A stretch of 64,000 nucleotides of DNA from an uncultured delta proteobacterium (GCA_963848295.1 CAWKDB010000010.1:3520001-3584000), one strand, 5' to 3'. Counted from the first letter of the stretch, positions 11,562-23,137 are shown. Translations and numbers: made by a program. Notes: generated by a model from the letters alone, not told the origin.

Positions 11562-14414
11562 TTGGGGCAGGGACTCGCGTTGAGGTTCACGCTTCGCTTC
11601 AAGCTGTTCGCGATCGTCGCGGTGTCGGCGGTCGCGCTGATCGTGTCGACGATCTCGAGCAGCGTCTCGGAACGTGCGGTCGAGGCTCAGGTCGACAGCA
11701 TCCGCGACACCTATCTTCCAAAGATCCGGCTGCGGCCCGAGCTCGAGAATGCGTTCGAGCATTGCGTCCGGACCATCCAGGGTGCGGCCGAGGCCGCCGA
11801 CGCGGACTTGCTCGTCCCGGCGTCGGGTGATCGCGAAGCCGTCCTCCGGCTGATCGATACGCGCGATGCGATGACGGTCGGGCAGAGCGCGGCGCTGAGG
11901 CTCGCATTCGACGACTACTTCGACTCGGCGATGAGCGTGTCGCGCCGGATGATCGCGGGCGAATCGGCGAGCGCGGTGGCACCGCAGGCGCAAGACATGC
12001 TGGCGAAGCGCAAGCGGTTCGAGAGCCTCATCGGTCAGACCACGGCGTTCGACGAGCACGCGCTCGACGAAGCCTTCGCCGCCACGAAAGCGGAGCAGAA
12101 GACGGCGATGGTCATCCGGCTCGTGGTCGGCGGCGTCTGCCTCGCCGCGATGCTCGCGCTGTCGCTGTGGATCGGCAGCGCGTTGTTCGCGAACCTCGGC
12201 GCGCTCGTGGCCGGGTTCGAGCGCTTCGGTCGCAAGGAGTTCGCGACGCCGATCGCTCCGACGAGCCAGGACGAGCTGAGCGAGGTCGCGACCCAAGCGA
12301 ACCGGATGGCCGACGAGCTGTTCCGACTCGATCTCGAACGCGCACAGAGTGAGTGGGTGAAGACCGGCCTCGCCGGGTTGAGCGACGAGCTTCGAGGCGA
12401 GCTCGATCCTCAGGAAGTTGCAGATCGCACCGTCACCTACCTCGCGCGCTACGTCCAAGCGCCGGTCGGGGCCTTGTACTGCAAGTCGGTCGAAGGATCG
12501 TTCGAGCTGCTCGGCAGCTATGCGGTCCCGGAGGGTCATGCGCCCCGCGAGTTCGGAATCGGCCAAGGCCTCGTCGGTCAGGCGGCGACGCGCAGCAAGA
12601 TCACGATCATCGAGGCTCCCGACGCGGCAAGTCTCCCGCTCCGATCCGGGCTGGTCGACACCAAGTCACGCGCGCTGGTCCTGATGCCGCTCGCGCGCGG
12701 AGCGGTGGTGTCGGGCGTGCTCGAGCTCGCCGCGATCCAACCCTGGCGCGAGCTCGACAGCGAGCTGCTGTCCTTGGCGAGCGAGATGATCGCGATCGCC
12801 TTGGAGGTCGCGGCGGCGCGCGCATCGACGAAGGCGTTGCTCGATCAGACGAGGCAACAGGCGCGGGAGCTGGAGCTCGCCGGTGCGACGCTCGAACAGC
12901 GAGCGACCGAGCTCGCGAGGGCCAGCGCCTACAAGTCTCAGTTCCTGGCCAACATGTCGCACGAGCTGCGAACCCCGCTGAACGCGATCATCGGCTTCTC
13001 CGAGCTCATGTACGACGGCTCGGTCCCGCTCGACGCCCAGACGACGCACGAATACCTAGGCGACATCCTGACCAGCGGTCGCCATCTGCTCCAGCTGATC
13101 AACGACGTGCTCGATCTCGCGAAGGTCGAGGCCGGCAAGCTCGAGTTCCAGCCCGAACCGCTCGAGCTATCTCGCGTGGTGCGCGAGGTGCTCGCGGTGT
13201 TGCGCACGACGAGCGCGAAACAACAAGTCGAGATCACGACCGAGCTCGATCCATCCGTCGATCGGCTCGTGCTGGATCCGGGACGGCTCAAGCAGGTCCT
13301 CTACAACTACATCTCGAACGCGCTCAAGTTCACGCCGCCGCGCGGTCGCGTGACCATTCGTGCGTCCGCCGAATCGACGGATCGCGTCCGCATCGAGGTC
13401 CAGGACACCGGGGTAGGGATCGCACCGGATGATGTCGGGCGGTTATTCGGCGAGTTCCAGCAGACCGACGAAGGCGCGCGCAGGCAGGGCGGGACCGGGC
13501 TCGGGCTCGCGCTGACGAAGCGGCTGGTCGAGGCTCAGGGTGGTGAGGTCGGCGTGCGCAGCACGGTCGGGATCGGGAGTACGTTCTTCGCGATCCTGCC
13601 TCGTGCGAGCGGAGCTCCGTCTCCCGCGCCGAGCACGCTCAAGGTCGTGCACGGCCGCGTCGGCGCGCCGACGATCCTCGTCGTCGAGGACGATCCCGTC
13701 GACCGCGACCGTCTCGTGGCCGCGCTGTCGAACGCCGGCTACGGTGTGGAGACCGTCGCGACCGGCGCGGAGGCCATCGACCGCGGCGCCACCCGCGCGT
13801 ACGACGCCATCACGCTCGACTTGCTGTTGCCGGACATGAGCGGGCTCGACGTCCTGCACCGCCTGCGCGAGGGTCCGAACGGCAAGGTCCCGGTCATCGT
13901 CGTCACGGTCGTCGCCGAGCCCGGGAGCGTCGCGGGCTTCGAAGTGCACGACGTGCTCGCCAAGCCGTTGGCCGAGCCCGCGCTGCTGGCGTCCCTCCGC
14001 AGCGCCGGCGTACACGCCGAGGGCGGGCGCGCGATCGTGCTCGTCGTCGACGATGATCAAGCCTCGCTCAAGGTCATGGCCGCGTCGCTCGGCCGGCTCG
14101 GCTACCTCGCGGTGTGCGAGCAAGACCCGGTGCGCGGGCTGCGTGCCGCCACGGAAGAACCGCCGTCCGCGATCGTGCTGGACCTGTTGATGCCCGGGAT
14201 GACCGGCTTCGAGTTCCTCGAGAAATTTCGCACCACCGATGCGGCGCGCAAGGTGCCGGTGATCGTGTGGACGAGCAAAGACCTCGCCGCGGAGGAGCTC
14301 GCTCGACTCCGCAGCGCGGCGCACGCCGTGATCTCCAAGGGTCACGACGGCACCGCGCGCGTGCTCGCGGAGCTCGCTGCCTCTCTCCCGCTACGGATCG
14401 CGAGGAGCTCGTGA
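11562..14414 (+). CDS. Membrane hybrid histidine kinase: periplasmic helical sensor-HAMP-GAF-HK-REC-REC (start may be 11580)
   Basis: Two TM segments, DELSEVA HAMP, GQGLVGQAA GAF, FLANMSHELRTPLN, two receivers. Confidence 0.92.
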   Translation: MGQGLALRFTLRFKLFAIVAVSAVALIVSTISSSVSERAVEAQVDSIRDTYLPKIRLRPELENAFEHCVRTIQGAAEAADADLLVPASGDREAVLRLIDTRDAMTVGQSAALRLAFDDYFDSAMSVSRRMIAGESASAVAPQAQDMLAKRKRFESLIGQTTAFDEHALDEAFAATKAEQKTAMVIRLVVGGVCLAAMLALSLWIGSALFANLGALVAGFERFGRKEFATPIAPTSQDELSEVATQANRMADELFRLDLERAQSEWVKTGLAGLSDELRGELDPQEVADRTVTYLARYVQAPVGALYCKSVEGSFELLGSYAVPEGHAPREFGIGQGLVGQAATRSKITIIEAPDAASLPLRSGLVDTKSRALVLMPLARGAVVSGVLELAAIQPWRELDSELLSLASEMIAIALEVAAARASTKALLDQTRQQARELELAGATLEQRATELARASAYKSQFLANMSHELRTPLNAIIGFSELMYDGSVPLDAQTTHEYLGDILTSGRHLLQLINDVLDLAKVEAGKLEFQPEPLELSRVVREVLAVLRTTSAKQQVEITTELDPSVDRLVLDPGRLKQVLYNYISNALKFTPPRGRVTIRASAESTDRVRIEVQDTGVGIAPDDVGRLFGEFQQTDEGARRQGGTGLGLALTKRLVEAQGGEVGVRSTVGIGSTFFAILPRASGAPSPAPSTLKVVHGRVGAPTILVVEDDPVDRDRLVAALSNAGYGVETVATGAEAIDRGATRAYDAITLDLLLPDMSGLDVLHRLREGPNGKVPVIVVTVVAEPGSVAGFEVHDVLAKPLAEPALLASLRSAGVHAEGGRAIVLVVDDDQASLKVMAASLGRLGYLAVCEQDPVRGLRAATEEPPSAIVLDLLMPGMTGFEFLEKFRTTDAARKVPVIVWTSKDLAAEELARLRSAAHAVISKGHDGTARVLAELAASLPLRIARSS

Positions 14415-14800
14415 GCGATGCGCCGGTCCACGTGTTGGTGGTCGACGACGTCGAGCTCAACCTCAAGCTCATCGCGGCGCTGTTGACCGCCAATGGTTTC
14501 GCGGTGCAGACCGCGACGTCGGCGGAGTCGGGGCTCGCGTTGCTCCAGGGCCAGCCGTTTCGCGTGCTGTTGATCGACCTCCGCCTCCCGGGCATGGATG
14601 GTCTCACGCTGACGCGCACGCTCCGCGCCGCCCCCGCATACCGCGACCTCGTGATCATCGCGGTCACCGCAAACGCGATGAAAGCCGACGAAGACAGCGC
14701 GATCGCGGCCGGCTGTGACGCGTTCGTGAGCAAGCCGATCAACACCCGCGGCTTGGTCCCGTTGGTCAAGGAGCTCCTCGCCAAGGGGCCGCGTCCATGA
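14411..14800 (+). CDS. Single-domain response regulator (DivK/CheY-like)
   Basis: VLVVDDVELN, IDLRLPGMDG, VTANAM, FVSKPI; GTG overlaps the upstream stop. Confidence 0.9.
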   Translation: MSDAPVHVLVVDDVELNLKLIAALLTANGFAVQTATSAESGLALLQGQPFRVLLIDLRLPGMDGLTLTRTLRAAPAYRDLVIIAVTANAMKADEDSAIAAGCDAFVSKPINTRGLVPLVKELLAKGPRP

Positions 14801-17712
14801 CGCCGACGATCCTGCTGGTCGAAGACAACCCGATCACCACCAAGCTCGTCCGCTTCACGCTCGAGAGCGAGCGGTTCGTGGTCGTCGACGCTGGCGACGG
14901 CGCCACGGCCATCCGGTGCTTTCGCGAACAACCGCCGTCGTTGGTGCTCCTCGATCTGCTGCTGCCCGACTTCGACGGTTTCGAGCTGTTAAAGCTCCTC
15001 CGCGAGCTGCCGGGTGCGGCGGATGTCCCGTTCCTCGCGTTCTCCGGGATGCTGTCGAAGTACGACGAGCAACGCCTGTCCGAAGTGGGCTTCGACGATG
15101 TCGTGACCAAGCCGATCGAGCCATCGCGCCTCGTGCAGATCGTCAAGGGCCACCTGCCTTGGAGCGAGCCGATGCCGGTCGTCGTCACGACCTCGGCGAC
15201 GAAGCTGTTGCTCCTCGCCGACGACGACGCGGTGCAACGCAAGATCGTCGCGCTCCGCTTGCAGCGTGCGGGGTTCCAGGTCGCGACCGCCTCGGACGGC
15301 CAGGACGCCCTCGAGAAAGCGCGAGCGCTCAAGCCGCACGCGATCGTCTCCGATGTCCTCATGCCGCGGCTCGATGGCTTCGGCCTGTGCATGGCGATCC
15401 GCAACGACCCAGGGCTCGCGCATACGCCGATCGTACTGATCAGCAACAGCTACCTCGATGCCGAGGACAAGACGCTCGCCCGCCGCGCCGGTGCCGACGA
15501 GATGTTGGTCCGGACTCCGGAGCTGCGCGACGTGATCGCGATCCTCAGCGCGGACCTGACAACCGCTGCGCGGACGCTGCGCACCCCCGTGCCGGTCAGC
15601 ATCGACCCCGAGCTCGAACGCGAGCGGATTCGCCGCATGATGAATCAGCTCGAGCGCCAGGCTTCGCTTCACGCCGGGCTCAATCAGCGCTGCTCGTTGC
15701 TGTCCGCCGAGCTCTCGGTGTTGAGCGGGATCTCCGAGGCGGTCGCGACCGAGGACGATCTCGAAGGCGCGCTTCACCAGATCCTCGCGGCGTGTTTCGA
15801 TGCCGGCGGAATCTCGCTCGGCACGTTGTACCTGACCTCGCCGGACGGCCTGCGCGGCGTACGGTTCGGAGTGATGGAGTCGTGGTCCGGCTCGGACATC
15901 GAGACGTTCTTCGGTCACCTCGAGATGCTCGAGGCCGCGATCTCGTCGCAGCGCCTGACCTGCGTCCCGTCGGAGGCGTTTCCCGAGGATCGCTATGCGA
16001 CGCTGCTCGAGCGCACCGGCTCGAGATCGGTCGTGATCGCGCCGCTCGGCCACAAGGGACAGGCGCTCGGTGCACTCGTCACGATGGCGCGCTCGCTCGA
16101 CGACCAGACCTCGGACCGCGTCGCGTTCTCTCAGGCGGTCGCCGGTCAGATCAGCCTGGCGCTCGCCCTCGCTCGCTCGTTCCAGGCCAAGCACGAGTCG
16201 GAGCGAACGGCGCGCGCGAACGCGACCGTGCTCCAGTCGATCCTCGACAGCATGGCCGAAGGGGTGATCGTCAGCGACGAGGCCGGAACGGTCACGCACT
16301 GGAACCACGCCGCGAACTCGATCCTCCGCCTGCCGGCAGACGTCATTCCGACGTCGGTCGTCGAACGCCCCGACTTTCCGATCGCCCGCGCGCTCCGTGG
16401 CGAGGCCGTCGATCGCGTCGAGCTCCGCCTCCACGACAAGGCGACGAACGAGGACAGCTGGCTCAGCGTCAGCGCCCGCCCGCTCGGCGATGATCCGCGC
16501 GTCGTGCACGGCGGGCTCGCCGTGTTTCGCGATGTGACGATCGAACGCGCGGCGAGCGCGCGCATGCTCGTGAACGAGCGGATGGCTTCGCTCGGGACGC
16601 TCGCGGCCGGCGTCGGGCACGAGATCAACAATCCGCTGATGGCCGTGCTCGGCAATCTCGAGATGGCGATCAACGACATCAAGCGCGCGCGACGCGAGGT
16701 CGGCGATCTCGAGGTCCTGAACGAGCTCGCCGAGGAGCTTCAGGATGCGCGCGAGGCCGCGGACCGGGTCCGCAGCATCGTCCGCGATCTCAAGTTGTTC
16801 TCGCGCACCGACGAGGAGACGTCCGGCGCGGTCGATGTCGAGCGCGTGATGGAGTCTTCGCTGCGCATGGTGTGGAACGAGATCAGGCATCGCGCGATGC
16901 TCGTGCGCGACTTCAAGCCGGTGCCGCAGGTCTTCGCGAGCGAATCCCGGCTCGGTCAGGTCCTGCTCAACTTGATCGTCAACGCCGCGCAGTCCATTCC
17001 CGAGGGCCGCGCGAATCAGAACGAGATCCGGGTCGGAACCTCGGTGATGGCCGACGGGCGCGTCCGGATCGAGGTGAGCGATACCGGCAGCGGAATGTCG
17101 CCGGAGGTCGCCGCGCAGATCTTCAACCCGTTCTTCACCACGAAGCCGATCGGCGTCGGGACCGGGCTCGGCCTGTCGATCTGTCACCAGCTGGTGAGCG
17201 CGCTCGGTGGCGAGATCATGCTCGACACCCAGCCCGGCGTCGGAACCACGTTCGCGGTGCTGTTGCACCCGATGGAGGCGCCGCAACCGCAGGCCACCGG
17301 CGGACCGATCGTGGCGCCGGCGCGCCGCCGCGGACAGGTCTTGATCATCGACGATGACGCCCTGGTCGCGAGCACGGTCCGCCGAGCACTCGGGCGAGAC
17401 CACGACGTGATCGGCCTGAACGACCCGGTCGAGGCCGCACGCCGGATCGTGAACGGCGGCGCGTTCGACGTGATCTTCTGCGATCTGATGATGCCGAACG
17501 TCACCGGGATGGATCTGTACGAGCAGATCGCGAGGCTCGCACCGGGGCAGGCGGCTCGGATGATCTTCATGACCGGTGGAGCCTTCACGACCCAGGCGCA
17601 GGACTTTCTCGATACGACGCAGAACGCCTTCATCGAGAAACCGATCAGCCTCGAGAAGCTCCGCGATCTCGTGACTGCGCGGATCCGCGCGAACGACGAG
17701 GCCGATTCGTGA
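14797..17712 (+). CDS. Hybrid histidine kinase REC-REC-GAF-PAS-HK-REC
   Basis: Two N-terminal receivers; LDSMAEGVIVSD PAS; AAGVGHEINNPL; NPFFTTKPIGVGTGLGL; terminal receiver. Confidence 0.92.
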   Translation: MTPTILLVEDNPITTKLVRFTLESERFVVVDAGDGATAIRCFREQPPSLVLLDLLLPDFDGFELLKLLRELPGAADVPFLAFSGMLSKYDEQRLSEVGFDDVVTKPIEPSRLVQIVKGHLPWSEPMPVVVTTSATKLLLLADDDAVQRKIVALRLQRAGFQVATASDGQDALEKARALKPHAIVSDVLMPRLDGFGLCMAIRNDPGLAHTPIVLISNSYLDAEDKTLARRAGADEMLVRTPELRDVIAILSADLTTAARTLRTPVPVSIDPELERERIRRMMNQLERQASLHAGLNQRCSLLSAELSVLSGISEAVATEDDLEGALHQILAACFDAGGISLGTLYLTSPDGLRGVRFGVMESWSGSDIETFFGHLEMLEAAISSQRLTCVPSEAFPEDRYATLLERTGSRSVVIAPLGHKGQALGALVTMARSLDDQTSDRVAFSQAVAGQISLALALARSFQAKHESERTARANATVLQSILDSMAEGVIVSDEAGTVTHWNHAANSILRLPADVIPTSVVERPDFPIARALRGEAVDRVELRLHDKATNEDSWLSVSARPLGDDPRVVHGGLAVFRDVTIERAASARMLVNERMASLGTLAAGVGHEINNPLMAVLGNLEMAINDIKRARREVGDLEVLNELAEELQDAREAADRVRSIVRDLKLFSRTDEETSGAVDVERVMESSLRMVWNEIRHRAMLVRDFKPVPQVFASESRLGQVLLNLIVNAAQSIPEGRANQNEIRVGTSVMADGRVRIEVSDTGSGMSPEVAAQIFNPFFTTKPIGVGTGLGLSICHQLVSALGGEIMLDTQPGVGTTFAVLLHPMEAPQPQATGGPIVAPARRRGQVLIIDDDALVASTVRRALGRDHDVIGLNDPVEAARRIVNGGAFDVIFCDLMMPNVTGMDLYEQIARLAPGQAARMIFMTGGAFTTQAQDFLDTTQNAFIEKPISLEKLRDLVTARIRANDEADS

Positions 17713-20483
17713 TCGCGCCGCGCCCGACGCTGACCGAGCAAGACCGCGCCGCGTTGCGCGCCTACTGGAAGTTCTTCGCGCAGTTTCGCGCCGGCGTCAT
17801 GGACGAGATCCGCCGGATCGCGCCGTCGATCGACGGACTCGATCGCGTCCTCGCGTTGTGCGACGACGCCAAGGACCTCAGCGCCGAGCATCGCGCGATC
17901 CACGAGGACGACTGGGCTCCGTTCGTCGACGAGCTCCACGCGCGAGGCACCGAGTACGCGCGCCGCGGGCTGCCGTACGCGGTGTGGTTCCGGCTCGCGA
18001 GCCTCGTGCGCGACCGCAACTTCGAGCTCCTTCACGAGCATCTCGGTGCGGCCGCGGACCGCGCGAGCGAGATCACGCGGGGCGTGAATCGGCTCTTCGA
18101 TCTCGGGCTCGAGGCGGTCGGTCGCGCGTATTTCGAGGCCAAGGACCAGCTCGCGCGGGAAGCGCTCGTGCGTTCGGAGCAGCAGCTCCAGCACGCCCAG
18201 AAGCTGGATGCGCTCGGGCGGCTCGCCAGCGGTGTCGCCCATGACTTCAATAACATCATCGGCGTCGTCCAGCTCAGCGCGTGCATCCTCGAGGATACGC
18301 TCGACGTCACCGACGCTCGCCGAGCCGATGCGACCGAGATCCGGCTCGCGTCAGAACGGGCCGCGAAGCTCACGCAACAGCTCCTGGCCTTGAGCCGGCA
18401 GGGAGCAGTCGCGCCGAAGCCGGTGATGATCGACGAGCTGATCGATGGGTTTCTTCCGACGCTGCGCCGGCTCGTCGGTCGGGGAGTCGAGCTCGAGCTC
18501 GAGCCCGGCGGCGTCCCCGCGGTGATCGTCGATCCCGGCCAGCTCGAGCAGGTCGTGATGAACTTCGCGGTGAATGCTCGCGACGCGATGCAGGGCAAAG
18601 GTCGAGTCGTGATCGAGAGCTCGACCGTCGATCTCGACGGAGCTGGCGCGGCGATCCACGGTCTCGCGGCGGGGCGCTATGTCGTCGTCGCGGTCACCGA
18701 CACCGGCCCGGGAGTCGACGCCGAGATCCAGAAGCGGATCTTCGAGCCGTTCTTCACGACCAAGGAGCTCGGCAAGGGCACGGGCTTGGGACTGTCGATC
18801 TCGCAGGGCATCATCGCGCAGGCCGGCGGGACGATCGAGGTCTACAGCGAGCTCGGTCACGGGACGACGTTCCGGATCTGGCTGCCGACCGCCTCGGACA
18901 CCGTCGTCGTCTCCGTCGACGACCTCCCGGTCGCGCCGCGAAAGCTGCAGCCGGTCACGATCCTCTTCGTCGACGGTCAGAGCGAGTTGCGGAGCCTCGT
19001 CTCGCGTCTGCTCCAAGCGGACGACTGCACCGTGGTCCAAGCCGCCACCGGTGCGGAGGCCCGCGGCGCGTGCGTGACCCACGACGGAGTCATCGACGTC
19101 GCGGTGATCGATGTCGCGTTGGCCGACGGCCGCGGCGACCTGCTGATCCGCGGGCTGCGCGAGCTGAGGCCGAGCCTCAAGTTCATCCTGATGTCGGGGT
19201 TTCCGGCGAGCGCGCTCGGGCCCAGCGGCGACGCGCCGGTCGAGATCCTCGCGAAGCCGTTCACGCCGCAGAGGTTGCGCGACGTGATCGCCGCGGCGAC
19301 GTCTGACGTGTGGCCGCGCCGACCCTCCGAGCCGAGTCTGCAGTCGCGCGTGTTGATCGCGGACGACGATCCGGCCCTGCGCAGGATGCTCACGCGGCTG
19401 CTCAAGCGCGCCGCGTTCGACGTCGTCGATGTCCCTTCCGGGCGCGACGCGCTCGCAGCGCTCGATGGCAAGCGCTTCGACGTCGTGCTCAGCGACATCC
19501 ACATGCCCGGCGGCGATGGGCTCGAGCTGCTGCGGTCGGTTCGCCGGATCGATCTCGACATCCCGGTGATCCTCATGAGCGGCAAGCCCGACGTGAAGAC
19601 CGCTGCCGCCGCGCTCGAGTTCGGCGCGTTCCGCTATCTCACGAAGCCGCTCGAGTCCGAAACGGTCGAGAAGATCGTGCGGCAGGCGGCGCGCGCCCAC
19701 GCGCTCGCTCGCGTCCGGCGTGAGGCGATGGCGCTCGGTGGATCCGGTCGGGTCGGGGCCGCCGATCGCGCGGGGCTCGAGGTTCGCTTCGAGCAGGCGC
19801 TCGACAAGCTCTGGATGGCGTATCAGCCGATCGTCGAAGCGCGCAGTGGCGCGCTGTTCGGCGTCGAAGCGCTGATGCGATCGCACGAACCGTCGATCCC
19901 CAACCCGATGGCGCTGCTCGATGCCGCGATGCAGCTCGCTCGCCTGCCGGCGCTCGGCCGGCGGACGCGCAACGCCGCAGGGACCGCGATCGCTGCGCGC
20001 GGCGACATCCCGTCGCTGTTCATGAACCTGCACCCCGACGACATCTTCGACGTCGACCTCATCGACGAGCATGCCGCGCTTACCCAGATCGCGTCGCGGG
20101 TCATCCTCGAGGTGACCGAGCGCGAGTCGTTGGTGACCAGCCCCGAGCTCGCGGTGCGGCTGCAGCGGTTGCGCGACCTCGGCTTCCGGATCGCGGTCGA
20201 TGATATCGGCGCGGGCTACTCCGGCCTGACGAGCTTCACCGATCTGACGCCCGAGATCGTGAAGATCGACATGTCGCTCGTCCGCTCGATCCACACGAGC
20301 ACGGTCAAGCAACGAACCGTCCGGGCGCTGTGCTCGCTGTGCCACGACATGGGGACGCTCGTCGTCGGCGAAGGCGTCGAGACGACGGAAGAGCGCGACT
20401 GCCTGCTCGAGCTCGGTTGTGACCTGTTGCAGGGCTATCTGATCGCGAGACCGTCGAGCGAGCTGCCGGGACTGATGTCGTGA
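17709..20483 (+). CDS. Globin-like sensor-HK-REC-REC-EAL fusion (kinase plus c-di-GMP phosphodiesterase)
   Basis: Helical N-domain LTEQDRAALR..RGTEYARRGL; AHDFNN; two receivers; EAL motifs VEALMR, EVTE, DDIGAGYS, KID, EGVET, QGYL. Confidence 0.88.
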   Translation: MIAPRPTLTEQDRAALRAYWKFFAQFRAGVMDEIRRIAPSIDGLDRVLALCDDAKDLSAEHRAIHEDDWAPFVDELHARGTEYARRGLPYAVWFRLASLVRDRNFELLHEHLGAAADRASEITRGVNRLFDLGLEAVGRAYFEAKDQLAREALVRSEQQLQHAQKLDALGRLASGVAHDFNNIIGVVQLSACILEDTLDVTDARRADATEIRLASERAAKLTQQLLALSRQGAVAPKPVMIDELIDGFLPTLRRLVGRGVELELEPGGVPAVIVDPGQLEQVVMNFAVNARDAMQGKGRVVIESSTVDLDGAGAAIHGLAAGRYVVVAVTDTGPGVDAEIQKRIFEPFFTTKELGKGTGLGLSISQGIIAQAGGTIEVYSELGHGTTFRIWLPTASDTVVVSVDDLPVAPRKLQPVTILFVDGQSELRSLVSRLLQADDCTVVQAATGAEARGACVTHDGVIDVAVIDVALADGRGDLLIRGLRELRPSLKFILMSGFPASALGPSGDAPVEILAKPFTPQRLRDVIAAATSDVWPRRPSEPSLQSRVLIADDDPALRRMLTRLLKRAAFDVVDVPSGRDALAALDGKRFDVVLSDIHMPGGDGLELLRSVRRIDLDIPVILMSGKPDVKTAAAALEFGAFRYLTKPLESETVEKIVRQAARAHALARVRREAMALGGSGRVGAADRAGLEVRFEQALDKLWMAYQPIVEARSGALFGVEALMRSHEPSIPNPMALLDAAMQLARLPALGRRTRNAAGTAIAARGDIPSLFMNLHPDDIFDVDLIDEHAALTQIASRVILEVTERESLVTSPELAVRLQRLRDLGFRIAVDDIGAGYSGLTSFTDLTPEIVKIDMSLVRSIHTSTVKQRTVRALCSLCHDMGTLVVGEGVETTEERDCLLELGCDLLQGYLIARPSSELPGLMS

Positions 20484-20547
20484 CTCGAACCTGACTACTG
20501 CGTGGGAAATGGAGACGAAAGATCATGTCACCACCGTGTGAACAGCC

Positions 20548-21905
<1,358 letters not shown>

Positions 21906-21906
<1 letters not shown>

Positions 21907-22352
21907 TGCGCGGCCGTCACATCTGGGTTCTCGCCGCGCTCGCATTCTCGGCAATTCTCGTCGGCCATCGCGAGGTTGCTGCCGGTGGCGACGACGGCTT
22001 CGTCATGATCGTGAACCCGCAGCTCAAGATCACCGAGGTCGATCGCGACTTCGTCCGCGACGTCTACCTCAAGAAGGTCACCGAGTGGGATCGCGGCGGC
22101 GTGGTGCACCCGGTCGACCTCGACAGCAAGTTCCCGGCACGCGAGCGGTTCACCCACGACGTGGTGCGCAAGACGCCCGCGCAACTCCGCAGCTACTGGA
22201 ATCAGCAGGTGTTCTCCGGCAAAGGCGTGCCGCCACCGGAAGTTCAGAGCGTCACCGCCGTGGTCGATTACGTGCTCTCGAACGACGGCGCGATCGGCTA
22301 CCTGCCGGCGAACGCCGATCCCGGCGGCGCGCGCGTCGTTAGACTCAGGTAG
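21906..22352 (+). CDS. Small exported periplasmic-binding-protein-like protein (PstS/PBP2-like)
   Basis: Signal peptide; VMIVNP..VRDVYLKKVTEW..YWNQQVFSGKGVPP..GAIGYL; ATG overlaps the porin stop. Confidence 0.75.
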
Positions 22353-22364
22353 CGCGTCGCGCGA

Positions 22365-22775
22365 TCAAGCCACCTGTTGGATCTGCATCGGCTCGCGGCC
22401 GATCGGTTGCGTGGGCGCCGACGCCTTCCGGTTCGACATCGTCGTGATGACGCGGATCAGCTCGTCCATCTTGAACGGCTTCGAAAGCGTCGCGTCGGCC
22501 TCGTTCGGGCCGAGATTGTCGTCTCCGGAGATCAGGATAAAGACCGGCGGATCTGCCATCCGGCGGGCCATCGCGAGCAGTTGCAGGCCGGTCACGTCGG
22601 GCATCCGGTTGTCGGACAGCACCACGTCGAACCACTCGCCCTCGCGCAACCTCCGCGCGGCCGCGACCGAATCGGTCTCGACCACCGGGTGGTGCTTGCG
22701 CAGCGCGCGCTCGAGGGCCGCCGCTACCCGCCGGTCGTCGTCGACGATCATGATCCGCAGGGTTCGGTCGGCCAT
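22365..22775 (-). CDS. Single-domain response regulator
   Basis: IMIVDDD, VLSDNRMP, ISG, LSKPF. Confidence 0.85.
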   Translation of the reverse strand: MADRTLRIMIVDDDRRVAAALERALRKHHPVVETDSVAAARRLREGEWFDVVLSDNRMPDVTGLQLLAMARRMADPPVFILISGDDNLGPNEADATLSKPFKMDELIRVITTMSNRKASAPTQPIGREPMQIQQVA

Positions 22776-22787
22776 GGCGACTCGTTG

Positions 22788-22804
22788 TCCACGAGTCGTG
22801 CCAA
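22788..22804 (-). promoter_or_regulatory. Sigma54-like -24/-12 element (TTGGCACG-ACTC-GTGGA)
   Basis: Perfect -24 box, imperfect -12 box; predicted +1 lies 2-3 nt before ATG 22775. Confidence 0.45.
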
Positions 22805-22920
22805 GCCTCTGGCCGCGCAAGCCACGGGAACTCCACGAAGCACGCCGACCCGGCAAGACCCATGGGTCAATGTTGACGGCACCAGGTCCTTCACGCGCCA
22901 GCGACGGTCGGATTTTGCAG

Positions 22921-22992
22921 TGAGGGCGGACGGACTCGAACCGTCAACCAGCGGATTAAGAGTCCGATGCTCTACCATTGAGCTACGCCCCC
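22921..22992 (-). tRNA. tRNA-Lys(CTT), CCA not encoded
   Basis: GGGGGCGTAGCTCAATGGTAGAGCATCGGACT-CTT-AATCCG...GGTTCGAGTCC..CGCCCTCA cloverleaf. Confidence 0.95.
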
Positions 22993-23020
22993 GATTGCTG
23001 CGCGTCTTTTTAGTTTTCAG

Positions 23021-23094
23021 TGAGTCCGGGGCGACTCGAACGCCCGACCTACGGGTTCGAAGCCCGGCGCTCTATCCATCTGAGCTACGGACCC
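23021..23094 (-). tRNA. tRNA-Arg(TCG), CCA not encoded
   Basis: GGGTCCGTAGCTCAGATGGATAGAGCGCCGGGCT-TCG-AACCCG...CGTTCGAGTCG..CGGACTCA. Confidence 0.93.
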
Positions 23095-23107
23095 AGTGCG
23101 GGCGAAG

Positions 23108-23137
23108 TAGATAAAGGCCTGAGTCCCCACCTGTCAA
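23108..23137 (-). promoter_or_regulatory. Sigma70 promoter of the tRNA pair
   Basis: TTGACA at 23137-23132, 17-18 nt spacer, TATCTA-like -10. Confidence 0.6.

Noticed and set aside
20482..20491. GACTCGAACC matching the tRNA-Lys T-loop as a possible att site
   Set aside because: Only 10 bp, expected by chance; no integrase nearby
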